The notes below the pieces were generated by a model that worked only from the letters and a program-made list of their open reading frames with translations, made no database searches and was not told the DNA's origin. A stretch of 64,000 nt of DNA from a bacterium. Its GTDB lineage: Bacteria; SM23-31. The position numbers and the translations under genes were made by a program. The DNA lies in NCBI GenBank assembly GCA_965249485.1, contig OZ252239.1:3168001-3232000 (forward strand). The letters are read 5' to 3'. Position 1 is the stretch's first letter; the number at the start of each line of letters is the position of its first letter. Positions 1-11,246 of the stretch are shown here, piece after piece.

Positions 1-455
1 CATTCATTCCCAATAAATGTGCTGTCAACTGCCGGCGTTGCAGTCACTATTGCTCCATGCTCAGATGCCTCCTTACACGCACAATCAATAAGCTCATGCG
101 TTACCGCTGGACGGACACCATCATGAATAGCGACAAGCTTCACATCATCTTTGAGAGATTGCAGTCCATTAAAAACCGACTCCTGTCGGGATGCTCCTCC
201 CACTACAAATCGAAGCAAATTGGCAAATTCATATCCATCGAACATGCGATCACGAATCTCAGTGATATCATCTTCACCTGCAACAATCACAATATTATCC
301 CTAAATACAGACTTTGAAAATGCCCATGCTGACCACACAAGAATTGGGTGGCCGCACAGTATAACAAACTGTTTCTTAGTTTGATTGTGGAACCGTATTC
401 CTCTCCCAGCTGCTACAATAATCGCTGCACAATCGCTTTTTTGAATAAGAGGCAT
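1..455 (-). CDS. ispD: 2-C-methyl-D-erythritol 4-phosphate cytidylyltransferase (partial, runs off window start)
   Basis: Manual translation MPLIQKSDCAAIIVAAGRGIRF...KKQF...GGASRQESVFNGL...VAIHDGVRP; not in ORF track; in-frame TTG at 497 is an alternative start. Confidence 0.9.
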   Translation of the reverse strand, partial: MPLIQKSDCAAIIVAAGRGIRFHNQTKKQFVILCGHPILVWSAWAFSKSVFRDNIVIVAGEDDITEIRDRMFDGYEFANLLRFVVGGASRQESVFNGLQSLKDDVKLVAIHDGVRPAVTHELIDCACKEASEHGAIVTATPAVDSTFIGNE

Positions 456-497
456 GTACTTGCGGGTAGATAATTTTGAAGGAACACATCTCGTCAA

Positions 498-1526
498 TTA
501 CGTTATAATCATGGCATCGCCGTAACTGTAAAACCTGTACTCTTCTTTTATAGCTTTCCGATACGCTTTAAATATCAAATCTCGCGATGAAAATGCCGAA
601 ACTAGCATTAACAATGTCGAGCAGGGAAGATGAAAATTTGTAATCAACTGATCAACAATTTTAAATTCATACGGCGGGAAAATAAACTTATCAGTCCATC
701 CTGAATAAGATTTAACATAATGGTCTGACGTCACAGCAGATTCCAATGAACGGACAGAGGTCGTGCCAACACATACGACTGATTTTCCATTCCGCTTTGT
801 TTCATTTATTTCTTCTGCAGATTCTTCGCTAATTTCATAAAACTCCGAATCCATACGGTGGCGTGTCAAGTCTTCTACCTGCACAGGTCTGAATGAACCA
901 AGACCGACATGAAGCACGATCGGGACAATCTTCACCCCTTTTGCCTTGATTGACTCCAGAAGTTCCTTTGTAAAATGTAATCCGGCTGTCGGGGCCGCTA
1001 CTGCCCCACGGGATTTTGCATAGACCGTCTGATACTGGTCTTTATCATTCGGTTCGGATTCGCGGGTTATATAAGGAGGTAGCGGTGCCTGTCCAATTTT
1101 TTCAATGATATCAAGAAAGTCACCTGGATAATCAAATCGGACAACACGTCCACCAGAAACCGTATTATCAAGGACATCACAAGTAATATTCTCGTTAACA
1201 ATTAGTCTGTTTCCTATCCGTACTTTTCGTGCAGGCTTCACTAATACTTCCCAGAGATTGTTTTCTAGTTCGCGCAAAAGAAAAATTTCGACTTCGGCTT
1301 CAGTCTTTTCTTTTATGCCAATTAGACGTGCTGAAAACACTTTGGTCTCATTAATTACGAGACAATCGCCATCATTCAAAAAATCGATAACATTCTTGAA
1401 CTCACTATGTTCAAATTTTCCATCCTGCCGGTTCAACACCATCAGTCGAGAACTATCGCGAGGTACTTTTGGATATTGAGCTATTAACTCTTCCGGAATT
1501 GTATATTTGAAATCAGAAAGTTTCAT
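498..1526 (-). CDS. queA: S-adenosylmethionine:tRNA ribosyltransferase-isomerase
   Basis: LIAQYP, PLPPYI, YQTVYA, AAPTAGLHFT, TNFHLPCSTL, YRFYSYGDAM. Confidence 0.97.
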   Translation of the reverse strand: MKLSDFKYTIPEELIAQYPKVPRDSSRLMVLNRQDGKFEHSEFKNVIDFLNDGDCLVINETKVFSARLIGIKEKTEAEVEIFLLRELENNLWEVLVKPARKVRIGNRLIVNENITCDVLDNTVSGGRVVRFDYPGDFLDIIEKIGQAPLPPYITRESEPNDKDQYQTVYAKSRGAVAAPTAGLHFTKELLESIKAKGVKIVPIVLHVGLGSFRPVQVEDLTRHRMDSEFYEISEESAEEINETKRNGKSVVCVGTTSVRSLESAVTSDHYVKSYSGWTDKFIFPPYEFKIVDQLITNFHLPCSTLLMLVSAFSSRDLIFKAYRKAIKEEYRFYSYGDAMIIT

Positions 1527-1635
1527 GTACTACTCTCCTGCGATTCACTCAAGAATCATTAGTGTTACATCAGCTGTCCGTATTTTTATTGTCATAGACA
1601 CAATCGAAATTAACAATTTAATTGTATTGAATGTT

Positions 1636-2664
1636 TTAATTCTGAAATATTTTAAACTGCCCTTTTACATGTTTAATCTGTAAATGATCGTATGCTACTG
1701 ATGACGCAACTCTTCCGGACTTACTCCGTTGGATGAACCCTTCCTTTAGCAAATAGGGCTCAACCAGTTCTTCAAGTGTATTCGATTCTTCATTGAGAGT
1801 TGCCGCTATCGCGTCAATACCTACCGGCCCTCCCTGATAACTCTCTATAATGACACGGAGATATTTTCTATCAAGCACATCAAGTCCCATTTCATCGATA
1901 CCCTCCAACTCGATAGCGTTTATGGTAACTTCATGGCGGATTGTTCCGTCACCTTTTACCTGGCAGTAATCTCTGACTCTTCGCAATATTCTATTTGCTA
2001 TCCGGGGAGTACCTCGGGATCGTTTTGCAATTTCATGCAGAGCTTTCTCATCGATATCTGTCTCAAGCTTTTCTGCAGAACTTTGCACAATTTTTTTTAT
2101 ATCATCGATCGGATAAAAATCGACATGGTAATGGAGTCCGAATCTATTCCGCAGCGGTGCAGACAATAGCCCCGCACGGGTTGTAGCGCCAATCAGCGTA
2201 AATTTCTGCAGCGGAATATTTATTGTTTTCGCAAAAGCGCCCTTATCTACTACAAAGTCAACCTTAAAATCCTCCATTGCAGGATAGATAAACTCTTCTA
2301 CAGCAGTACCGAGACGGTGAATCTCATCAATAAAAAGCACATCTCCTTGCTTCAAGCCTGTCAATATTCCTACAAGATCTCCGGGACGTGTCAATGACGG
2401 ACCAGAGGTCGAAGTTAGTTTGTTCTTCATTTCATGAGCTATGATATGAGCAAGTGTTGTCTTCCCTAAACCGGGAGGCCCATAAAGCAACACATGTTCA
2501 AGCTGGTCTCCACGCTGCTTAGCCGCTTCAATTGATATCTTTAGCTTATCGACCGTTACAGTCTGACCGACAAAGTCCTGAAGCCGTGTCGGCCGCAGAG
2601 CGTAATTATTGGTATCTTCACCCTCGGCAAGCTGCTGGCTGTTTATCAGTCGCTCCCTGCTCAC
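1636..2664 (-). CDS. ruvB: Holliday junction branch migration helicase RuvB
   Basis: LRP..L.DFVGQ, GPPGLGKTTLA, FIDEIHRL, GATTRAG, RGTPRIANR. Confidence 0.97.
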   Translation of the reverse strand: MSRERLINSQQLAEGEDTNNYALRPTRLQDFVGQTVTVDKLKISIEAAKQRGDQLEHVLLYGPPGLGKTTLAHIIAHEMKNKLTSTSGPSLTRPGDLVGILTGLKQGDVLFIDEIHRLGTAVEEFIYPAMEDFKVDFVVDKGAFAKTINIPLQKFTLIGATTRAGLLSAPLRNRFGLHYHVDFYPIDDIKKIVQSSAEKLETDIDEKALHEIAKRSRGTPRIANRILRRVRDYCQVKGDGTIRHEVTINAIELEGIDEMGLDVLDRKYLRVIIESYQGGPVGIDAIAATLNEESNTLEELVEPYLLKEGFIQRSKSGRVASSVAYDHLQIKHVKGQFKIFQN

Positions 2665-3308
2665 TCATTCTCCATTGAAGCGCGCTGTTTAAATATTACC
2701 TGAAGAAGTGATTCGGATGAATCAATTGAATCATCAAGCGACAGTGCTTTATCAACTAAATTTTCAGCTTCTACACGTCGATACCCAAGCTGTCCGATCA
2801 ATACTTCGAGTGTTTCAATTTCGAACTCGGTTAATTTTCCTGAACCGAATTCCGAACTCCTTTCATGGGCTGCCGCTGAATACTTTGTCACTTTCCCCTT
2901 CAATTCTGCCAAAATCTTATCACCCATGCGGCCGCCGATACCGGGAAGCTTTTTTAAAAAAGCTACATCGCCGGACTCAATTGCATAAGCAATTTCTGAA
3001 ATAGGGTTAATCATCGACTGCAACGCTTTGCGCTCTCCTAAACCTTTAACAGTGGTAAAAATATTAAAAAACTCCCTATCAGTCTCAGCAAGGAAACCAA
3101 TTAGCTTAGGAAAAAGATTTCCGACACCAACTCCCCCTTCAATATAATACTTTGTATATAAAAGAATTGAATCTCCAACAGCATGTGTACTGGAAATCTG
3201 ATCAATTTGGATCGGAGGCATACTTACCGCATAATAAATCCCGGAATTTTCAATAATTAGCTCCATTCCCGCAATACGGTCAATTGTACCTGTGATTTTT
3301 GAAATCAT
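2661..3308 (-). CDS. ruvA: Holliday junction branch migration protein RuvA
   Basis: MISKITG start, HhH motifs VKGLGERKA and LPGIGGR; GTGA overlap with ruvB. Confidence 0.92.
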   Translation of the reverse strand: MISKITGTIDRIAGMELIIENSGIYYAVSMPPIQIDQISSTHAVGDSILLYTKYYIEGGVGVGNLFPKLIGFLAETDREFFNIFTTVKGLGERKALQSMINPISEIAYAIESGDVAFLKKLPGIGGRMGDKILAELKGKVTKYSAAAHERSSEFGSGKLTEFEIETLEVLIGQLGYRRVEAENLVDKALSLDDSIDSSESLLQVIFKQRASMENE

Positions 3309-3394
3309 ATCATGCAGCCAAATATTGGTTTCACTGATGTTTCTTGTGTCTCACGACTTTCAGACTCAATCAACAGTGCTTGTTTAACCAAGCG

Positions 3395-3874
3395 TTAGGA
3401 GCGGTTTATTACATTTATATGACACAGTGCTACCGCAAGTGCATCAGCAACATCAGGCGGCTTTGGAGGCTCATCTAACTCAAGCAAACTTTTGATCATT
3501 AACTGCATTTGTTCTTTAGATGCGTGGCCGTTCCCTGTAAGAGATTTCTTAATTCTATTTGCGCCGTACGAAACAACATCTATGTTTTTGCGGCCTGCTG
3601 CAAGAAGAAGCGTTCCCCGTGCATGACCCATAATAATTGCCGTTCGTGGATGATTATAGTGCGAATACAACTCCTCAATAACGACAACATCAGGATTTAC
3701 ATCCTTTAAAAGCTCAGAAATGTTATCAAATAAAACGGTAAGACGCTGCGGCAGTTGGTCGGTTTTTTTTGTGCGAATCACTCCAGCTTCAACAAGCTCA
3801 AGACCCGAATCACTCATGCTGATACAGCCATACCCGGTAATTCCCAAACCCGGATCAATTCCGAGGATGCGCAT
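3395..3874 (-). CDS. ruvC: Crossover junction endodeoxyribonuclease RuvC
   Basis: ILGIDPG, GHARG, GNGHASKEQ, DVADALAVA. Confidence 0.97.
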   Translation of the reverse strand: MRILGIDPGLGITGYGCISMSDSGLELVEAGVIRTKKTDQLPQRLTVLFDNISELLKDVNPDVVVIEELYSHYNHPRTAIIMGHARGTLLLAAGRKNIDVVSYGANRIKKSLTGNGHASKEQMQLMIKSLLELDEPPKPPDVADALAVALCHINVINRS

Positions 3875-3889
3875 GTTATTTCGCTCCTC

Positions 3890-4636
3890 TTAAGTATCTA
3901 ATTGCGCCTGACTGGGATCAATATCAAAATTTGAGTACACATTTTGAACATCTTCAAGATCTTCTAACACTTCCATCAGCTTCAATACGGTCTCGGCACT
4001 TTTTCCTTCAACTTTTACAAGATTTTGGGGAATCATTGTCACTTCAGCATTTGCAATCGGAACATTTGCCGACTCCAACGATTCACGGACCGAATCAAAT
4101 GATGCTTGAGTTGTTAAAATTTCAAACGTACCTTCATCCTCTACAAAATCATCAGCTCCAGCTTCTAATACTATTTCCATCAGGCTGTCTTCATCACCGC
4201 TATATTCTTCGATGATTATCTGACCTTTTTTCTCAAACATATAAGCAACAGCACCCGACTCTGCAAGACTTCCACTATGTTTACTTAAAGCATGCCTAAT
4301 TTCAGAAACACAGCGGTTTTTATTGTCGGTTAAAACATCGATAAAAATTGCCACGCCACCCGGTCCATATCCTTCATATGAACCCTCGTCATATGTTATA
4401 CCTGGAAGTTCACCCGTACCCTTTTTTATCGCCCGATCAATATTAGTAACCGGCATATTTAGCGATTTTGCCGATAAAATTGCCTGCCGCAAACGGGGAT
4501 TAGCATTTTCATCACCGCCTCCGGTCCGGGCTGCGGTTGTAATCTCTTTAATAAGCTTAGTAAAGACTTTACCCCGTTTATCATCCATTCGAGATTTTTT
4601 GTGCTTTATACTCGACCACTTAGAATGTCCCGACAT
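3890..4636 (-). CDS. yebC: YebC/PmpR family protein
   Basis: MSGHSKWSSIKHKK start, YEGYGPGGVA, EDLEDVQNVYSN; usual position upstream of ruvC. Confidence 0.95.
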   Translation of the reverse strand: MSGHSKWSSIKHKKSRMDDKRGKVFTKLIKEITTAARTGGGDENANPRLRQAILSAKSLNMPVTNIDRAIKKGTGELPGITYDEGSYEGYGPGGVAIFIDVLTDNKNRCVSEIRHALSKHSGSLAESGAVAYMFEKKGQIIIEEYSGDEDSLMEIVLEAGADDFVEDEGTFEILTTQASFDSVRESLESANVPIANAEVTMIPQNLVKVEGKSAETVLKLMEVLEDLEDVQNVYSNFDIDPSQAQLDT

Positions 4637-4889
4637 AGACGTAAACTCCTGCAAATAAGCTTTAACACACTCGTTACTTTATTAATTAAGTGCTGAAATA
4701 ACTACCACAATTCAAACCTTAAAATTTAATACATGAATTGCCATTTTCCAAAGAAAAAAACCCTTAATAATTTAGAATGAAATATGATTATATATTGAAT
4801 CGGAGGATTACTATTGTATTGCCCTGAGTTAAGCGATAGCCGTTACGATGTGAAAATGTAAAAATATAATGTGCAAATAAATCTTATTA

Positions 4890-7072
4890 TTATTCAATAC
4901 ATTCAACCTTATTTCTTCCGCTGTGTTTAGCTTTATACACTCCGGTATCGGCCTTTTCAACGAGATCGCTTGCTTTTTTCATTGTACTTTTATCAAAGCT
5001 TGCAACACCTGCGCTGATTGTAATTTCTCCTATCTCTATCTTTTTGGATATTTGCGTCTCTTCAACAGTTTTCCGAACTCTCTCTGCAACCATTGCGGCA
5101 TCCGATAGAGACGTATTCGGTAAAATAACTGCAAATTCCTCACCACCATATCGGGCAGCATAATCACCTTCTCTAATCGTATCTTTCAAAATCACACCTA
5201 ATTCTTCAAGAACTCTATCACCAACCTGATGCCCATACGTATCATTAATTTTCTTAAAAAAATCAATGTCAAGCATAATACAGCTCAACTTCAGATTATG
5301 CCGATATGTATTTGAGAACTCTTTTGAGATCAAATCGAAGAAAAATCTGTGGTTATATAATTTTGTCAGACCATCAGTATTGACTTCTTCTGCAAGCAGC
5401 TTGTTTGCTTTTTGCAGTTCATTTGTTAGTTTTTCCGCACGTTTTTCTCGAGCATGAGTTCGCGTGTTAATTGCTCATAATCTAAATTGATCCGGGACAG
5501 TTCAATATTAGCATTTTGCAGAATCTGTGTATAGTCTTGAGCAGCATCTATTGCCAAATCAAAATCCTTTGCAATGTCCTTTACCTCATGTGAAACATGC
5601 TCCATAATTTCATCTACTTCATCATCAGCAATTTCCAATAATGACTTGAATTCAGACTTCAATCTCGTCAGGTACGGTCCTTTTTGTTCGTCAAAAAGGA
5701 CGTGAGATGCAATATCCGAAAGATAAACAATGTTGGTTAATAACTTCAAATTTCCATCGTTTTCGGGCAGCTCCTCCGGGATATGGTGGTAGAGAATTGA
5801 CTTACTCAACAATGCCGGCATCTTCCATTGAGAAAATAACTCATATCCCAATTTTGCATGGTCTATGCCAAATGATGAATGCTCTTTTTCACACAGATTT
5901 TCACCCGTTTGATAATGTCTGTTGAGCAACTTACCGTATCGATCTGGATAAAATCTTGCCAGGAGAAGACCGCCTATATTTTGTGTAAGTCCCGCTATAA
6001 ACGCTTCTTCATCTATATGTAGGCCGATTTTCTGGGCAGTCAGCTTGCATGTAATGCCCGCCGCAAATGAACGCTGCCAAAAATCCCGGTACGCGAATCC
6101 GTTACCACTCTCAGAATCTCCAAATGTATCCATGACAGTAATTCCAAGCGTAAGCGTCCTGATAGCTTTCATACCGAGCAGCGATATTGCCTGTGACAAA
6201 GAGGTGATCTTTTTTGAAAATCCATAGAACGGAGAATTAGTTATCCTCAGTACTCTGGCTGTAAGCGCTGGATCAATACTAATAAGTTTGGCAATTTCCG
6301 CTGCTGATGTGTTTTCGTTCGAAGCAAGTTTTATAATTTTAATTGCGACTGGTGAAAGGGTCGGCAGGTCTTCGCCTTCGTGAATTTTCTGAAGAATATT
6401 TAATTTTTGACCTTTATCCGCCCCATCAGCCTCAGCTGATTGGGCAATAGCGGGAATGGTTATTTCCAAACGATTTCTCTTATGTACAGTAAGAGAACCT
6501 GTTTCCAATTGAAAATATCGTTCGGCAAATAAATGGTCGATCGACTGGAGAGACAATTCAAAATCGGAAGCAAGTCGTTTTGGGCTAATTCGCATTAAAA
6601 CATTTGAATTTTCGTAGGCAACATCGATGACTATATGAATTACAGCAGGTTCACGATAAAAAGAATCTATACACCACAACATCCATCTTCGAAACAAAGA
6701 CTTGTTGAGATGCACAAATGGCTTATCCTGTGGCAATTTTGTTTCTATGACCGTTTTATTCTGCTCAGATTTATTTTGCAATTCTGTACAGAGCTCCAGC
6801 AAAGCATCAAAAACATTGATTCGCTCACGCATGAGAGAGAATTCATCCCGTTCCAGCATTTGCAGCTGAAGTAAATTATCAATTTTATGCTCTATGAGCC
6901 AGATACTTTGCAAATGAGATTCGATGAGCGATGGGGAATTCGCTGCCTGTTTTGCAACTGCATTCAACGCATTTTTTCCATTCCGACGGATAGTATTCAG
7001 CAGTTTTGAAAACTGACTGGATAGCTCCTTGCCGAAATCGTTCTTTACTGAGGTTGAATTGGTCTGATCCAT
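4890..7072 (-). CDS. Degenerate kinase-like + HDOD + GGDEF diguanylate cyclase, split by a 1-nt frameshift near 5442-5446
   Basis: ORF 5426-7072 has HDOD (LPTLSPVA, DPALTARVLRITNSPFYG). One extra A in the A5 run joins it to ...TDGLTKLYNHR...DIDFFKKINDTYGH...RYGGEEF. Confidence 0.85.
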
Positions 7073-7219
7073 TCAGGATATTACGGAAGTGTTAAAAGCT
7101 CATCAAGTGATGAGCCTCAAAGTGTTGAGTCAATTTAACAATGCTGTACGGGGAAATATCAATATAATCTTATTCGCTGACACGATTAAGTGCACTCAGA
7201 TTAGTCAATAAGGTTCGGT

Positions 7220-7444
7220 CTACGCAATTTTTTTCACTTTACTGACAATATCTCTGTTTTCGGGAAACTGTCCGGTAGCTTTTTTGGAATAGAGTAATGT
7301 TCCATTCGCCATCACCTCAAATTTTCCACCACCGGATTTTATGTATTCGACTGTTATTCCGAGTTTTTTTTCAAGTTCTGCTCCCAAACTGGAAGCTTGC
7401 GGCCAATAGTTTCATTGAACACAGTATTCAATAGAAACGTTCAT
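7220..7444 (-). CDS. Rdx family (SelT/SelW/SelH) selenoprotein, 74 aa, UGA=Sec at codon 11
   Basis: MNVSIEYCVQ-U-NYWPQASSLGAELEKKLG...GGGKFEV...LYSKKATGQFPE; CxxU motif; TGA at 7412-7414. Confidence 0.88.
7380..7396 (-). promoter_or_regulatory. Bacterial SECIS-like hairpin
   Basis: GCUUCC-AGUUU-GGGAGC begins 15 nt after the in-frame UGA; G in the apical loop. Confidence 0.7.
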
Positions 7445-7692
7445 TTCATTACTTCCGATAATTCAATTTCAACGTATTTCATTAGCGTAGTAACATAATA
7501 AAATTTCATCTCAAAATCAAGGTATCTTTATGGTACCAAGAACAGCGTGGGTATATATGCTTGGTGGAATACTTGTGAGGAATTACAAGAATGGATGAAA
7601 TTCTTATACTCATGCAGAAACAGCTATTTATCCGACGATCAAATTCTGATTAATATTTTTTTATCAGATTAATATATGTACTGAATGTAATA

Positions 7693-9051
7693 TTACTCCA
7701 AACCTGATCTTCCTACGGCTGCTTGCAAGTTTGAATCCGCAATTAAAGCGTTATATTGAAGCTCCAGTAAACTGTAGCGGGCAGTTGTTAAGGCAACCTG
7801 TGTGTTAATAGTTTCATACAGTGTTCCGGAACCCACACGATACCGCTCATTCGCAAGCCTGAGATCCTCTTCGGCAGAAGCAACCATACTCACATTGATT
7901 TCTATTTTTTGCTGAAAGGCTGTAAGTTGCTCGAATAAGTTGGTGACATTTGATTCGATAGTTCGTACCGTCGATTCCAGCGTTTCCGTATTGATCATGA
8001 AGGTATTTTCAGCCTGCCTGATATTCGCTCGTGTCTGAAACCCATCAAACAGGTTATAGCTTAAATTAACATTTCCACTGAAAGAAAAATTGTTTGATAG
8101 ATCAGTGTACAGGAATTCAAGATCGGAATTACGCCGATTGTAGTTGATGCTATAGCTAAGACTTGGATACCTGTTCGCTTTTGCTATCTTGATACCGAGA
8201 TCCGAGTTGACAAGGAGCTCCTCCTGCTGTTTAATGTTAGGATTGCTTCTGAGTGCCCTTTCAACAAGTTCTCTTTCGGAAAAAATATAATTAACGGTAA
8301 GTGGAAAACTGGTGTCTATATTTATCGGTGCATTACTATCTCTGCCCATTGCAAGATTGAGATTTCTCTTCGCCTGATTAATCAGAAGATCGTGATCAAT
8401 AAGTGCGATCTTACTTTGGTCAACATTGACCTGAGACCTGAATATATCGATCTGAGCTACTGTGCCGATTTCATATTTTGCTACAGATTGGCTTAACTGC
8501 TCTTCAGCCCGGCTGACCGACTCAACCCGTACTTCACGCTGTGCCAGTACTTTAGTCAGCTCAAAAAACCTCGCTTTCACATCAGCTACCATTGTCAGTC
8601 TTGCTGCATCTATTTTTAACTGTGAAGACCGAACACTCGATTCCGTCTGCTGAATATTCCGCCACATCCTGCCCTGGTCCCATAATGTCTGGTTCAGGCT
8701 GAGCGCAAAGCTATAATTCGTACTGGTATTTGCCGGCGAAGTCTGGGTAGTTGTACCATATTCGATTTCACCTGTTTCTTCATTGCGTCCTATAACACCA
8801 TAATCTACATTTTTTGTAGGTCCTCTGTGAGACCTGTTGGAACCACCACCGATACTGATACTGGGCAGAATATTGTTGTACGATGCGAGCTTTTGTGCTT
8901 TTGCGGTATTGAATTCATAATTTGCGTTAAGAACCTGCGTATTGTTATCAAATGCAATATTGATACATTCTTGTAAGGAAAATATTTGCTGAGCATCTGC
9001 ACTTCCCACTAACAGAAATACAACAAAAAAGCCTTGAAAAAAACGCTTCAT
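7693..9051 (-). CDS. TolC family outer membrane protein
   Basis: Signal peptide, SLQECINIA, two OEP repeats, YNLFDGF, ERYRVG. Confidence 0.9.
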   Translation of the reverse strand: MKRFFQGFFVVFLLVGSADAQQIFSLQECINIAFDNNTQVLNANYEFNTAKAQKLASYNNILPSISIGGGSNRSHRGPTKNVDYGVIGRNEETGEIEYGTTTQTSPANTSTNYSFALSLNQTLWDQGRMWRNIQQTESSVRSSQLKIDAARLTMVADVKARFFELTKVLAQREVRVESVSRAEEQLSQSVAKYEIGTVAQIDIFRSQVNVDQSKIALIDHDLLINQAKRNLNLAMGRDSNAPINIDTSFPLTVNYIFSERELVERALRSNPNIKQQEELLVNSDLGIKIAKANRYPSLSYSINYNRRNSDLEFLYTDLSNNFSFSGNVNLSYNLFDGFQTRANIRQAENTFMINTETLESTVRTIESNVTNLFEQLTAFQQKIEINVSMVASAEEDLRLANERYRVGSGTLYETINTQVALTTARYSLLELQYNALIADSNLQAAVGRSGLE

Positions 9052-9174
9052 GATTCCTCCCGTAAACCTGATTCGAATAGAATATGTGGAAATTAATAAC
9101 TGTAATCATAAATGAATACTAATGCAGTGTCCTATTGCATTGTACTAACAATACAAAATGTATAGCTTGAATAT

Positions 9175-10995
9175 TCACTGTGTAATCCCGTTAACAATAG
9201 CGCTAACGTCACTTTCCTGCTCACGGTACTGCAATTGATATAATTTGAAATAAAGTCCTTTTTGTTCGAGAAGTTCGCTGTGGGAGCCCTCTTCACGAAT
9301 TTTTCCTTTATGAATAACAATAATCCGATCGACATGCTTAATTGTTGACAAACGATGAGCGACAACAATTGATGTCCTGTTTTGCATAAGCCTGTTAAGC
9401 GCTTTCTGAATCAGCAGTTCTGTTTCGGTGTCGATATTTGATGTTGCTTCATCAAGAACTAATATTTTCGGATTATAAATGAGCGCCCGTGCAAATGATA
9501 TAAGCTGCTTTTGACCGGTTGAAAAATTACTTCCCCTCTCACGGACTTCTTCGTCATATCCATTTTCAAGTTTGGTAATAAACTGATGAGCATAGACGTC
9601 CGTTGCCGCATTAATAAGCTCTGCATCAGTGAATTCGAGATTGCCAAGAGTTATATTTTCACGTACCGTACCGGAAAATAGAAAAACATCCTGTAAAACA
9701 ACTCCTATGTTACGCCTGAGCGAATGTTTAGTCACTTTCTCTATATTCAATCCATCAACAATTATCTCTCCCTGTTGAATGGAATATAACCTGCTCAGAA
9801 GATTGATGATCGTCGATTTTCCTGCACCGGTTGCGCCAACAATCGCTACCTTTTCGCCCTGCTTTACTGAAAACGATACATCTTGCAATACCCAATCTTC
9901 CTCCTTGTAAGCAAACCACACATTTCTAAACTCGATCTCGCCTTTTACGTCAGAAAATTCGACTGCATTTTCATCTTCGGCGATTTCATCAACCGTATCA
10001 AGCAGCTTAAAAACCCGCTCGGACGATGCCATAGCAGACTGCAATACATTATATTTTTCACTCAAATCCTGGATCGGCCGGTAAAACCGCTGCGCAGCAA
10101 AGATGAATGCGACAAGCTGTCCATAGGTAAGATCATTTGAAAGGATGAATCCCCCGCCATACCATATTATCAGGGCAATAGCAACAGCGCTCAACACTTC
10201 TACGGTTGGGAAAAATATCGAGAAATACAAAATTGTCTTTGTGTAGGCTTTCAAATGATCTTCGTTGATCCGTTCAAACTGCCGGTAATTTTTATCTTCC
10301 CGGTTGAAAAGTTGAACAATTCGCATTCCTGTAATATTTTCCTGCAAGAATGAATTTATCTTTGCAATGAAGACTCTGATATTTCTGAAACTTTCACGTA
10401 CTTTCTTTTTGAAAATAAATGCTGTTATAAAAAGCAGCGGCATTACCGATAACGTTATGAGCGCAAGTCTGACATCATAGTAGAGCATGAGCGATACAAG
10501 CCCCACAAGCAGCAGTAAATCTCCAAGAATAGTCACAACACCAGAAGTAAACATTTCATTCAGCGCATCTATGTCACTTGTCAAGCGGATAACGAGCCGG
10601 CCAATCGGGTTTTTATTAAAAAATGATAATTGCATACTCTGCAAATGGCTGAATACCTGTTTTCTCATATCGTACATTATATATTGGCCGGTCATCTGCA
10701 TGATATAGAAATGGAGGTATTCAAAAAAAAAGTTAATCGCTGAGAGTGCAAGGAAAATGATGGTAATAAAGGTCAATCCCGACATATTACCCGACATAAA
10801 ATAATTATCGATTGCATACTGTGTTATTAGCGGCTGTGTCAGAGCAAAAAGTGATGTAGCCAGCAAAAGCAGAGCCGCAAGGATTACCTTTCTCTTATAC
10901 GGTTTCAGATATGCCAGGAGACGGCGCATTAACCGGCCATCATAGGATTTGTTCAAACGTTCTTCTTCTGTATAACTGTGTTCGTGCGCTGTCAT
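9175..10995 (-). CDS. ABC exporter, fused permease/ATPase
   Basis: TM domain, GATGAGKST, FSTGQKQ, LVLDEATS, VAHRLSTI. Confidence 0.95.
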   Translation of the reverse strand: MTAHEHSYTEEERLNKSYDGRLMRRLLAYLKPYKRKVILAALLLLATSLFALTQPLITQYAIDNYFMSGNMSGLTFITIIFLALSAINFFFEYLHFYIMQMTGQYIMYDMRKQVFSHLQSMQLSFFNKNPIGRLVIRLTSDIDALNEMFTSGVVTILGDLLLLVGLVSLMLYYDVRLALITLSVMPLLFITAFIFKKKVRESFRNIRVFIAKINSFLQENITGMRIVQLFNREDKNYRQFERINEDHLKAYTKTILYFSIFFPTVEVLSAVAIALIIWYGGGFILSNDLTYGQLVAFIFAAQRFYRPIQDLSEKYNVLQSAMASSERVFKLLDTVDEIAEDENAVEFSDVKGEIEFRNVWFAYKEEDWVLQDVSFSVKQGEKVAIVGATGAGKSTIINLLSRLYSIQQGEIIVDGLNIEKVTKHSLRRNIGVVLQDVFLFSGTVRENITLGNLEFTDAELINAATDVYAHQFITKLENGYDEEVRERGSNFSTGQKQLISFARALIYNPKILVLDEATSNIDTETELLIQKALNRLMQNRTSIVVAHRLSTIKHVDRIIVIHKGKIREEGSHSELLEQKGLYFKLYQLQYREQESDVSAIVNGITQ

Positions 10996-11246
10996 AGATT
11001 ACAATACCATTTTATACATTTTGATAATTTTCTTTATAAATATGAGAACGTAGTATAACAAACTGCAATGTAATTATCCACGCAAAACAGCGCTCTATAG
11101 TTCCTTCTCTATTAAATTTATGTTATTTTTTGAGTTATTAAGCCGGCTATTACTGAAATAGCTTGACTTTTTCTCGATTCAGAGTTACTTTTCGGGGTCT
11201 TATTAATTAGGATCATATAACATTCTTCTTAGAAGAGTTCCTTCCG

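Noticed and set aside
7098..7130. Hammerhead ribozyme (TGATGAG resemblance)
   Set aside because: Lacks the CUGAUGA plus GAAA core arrangement
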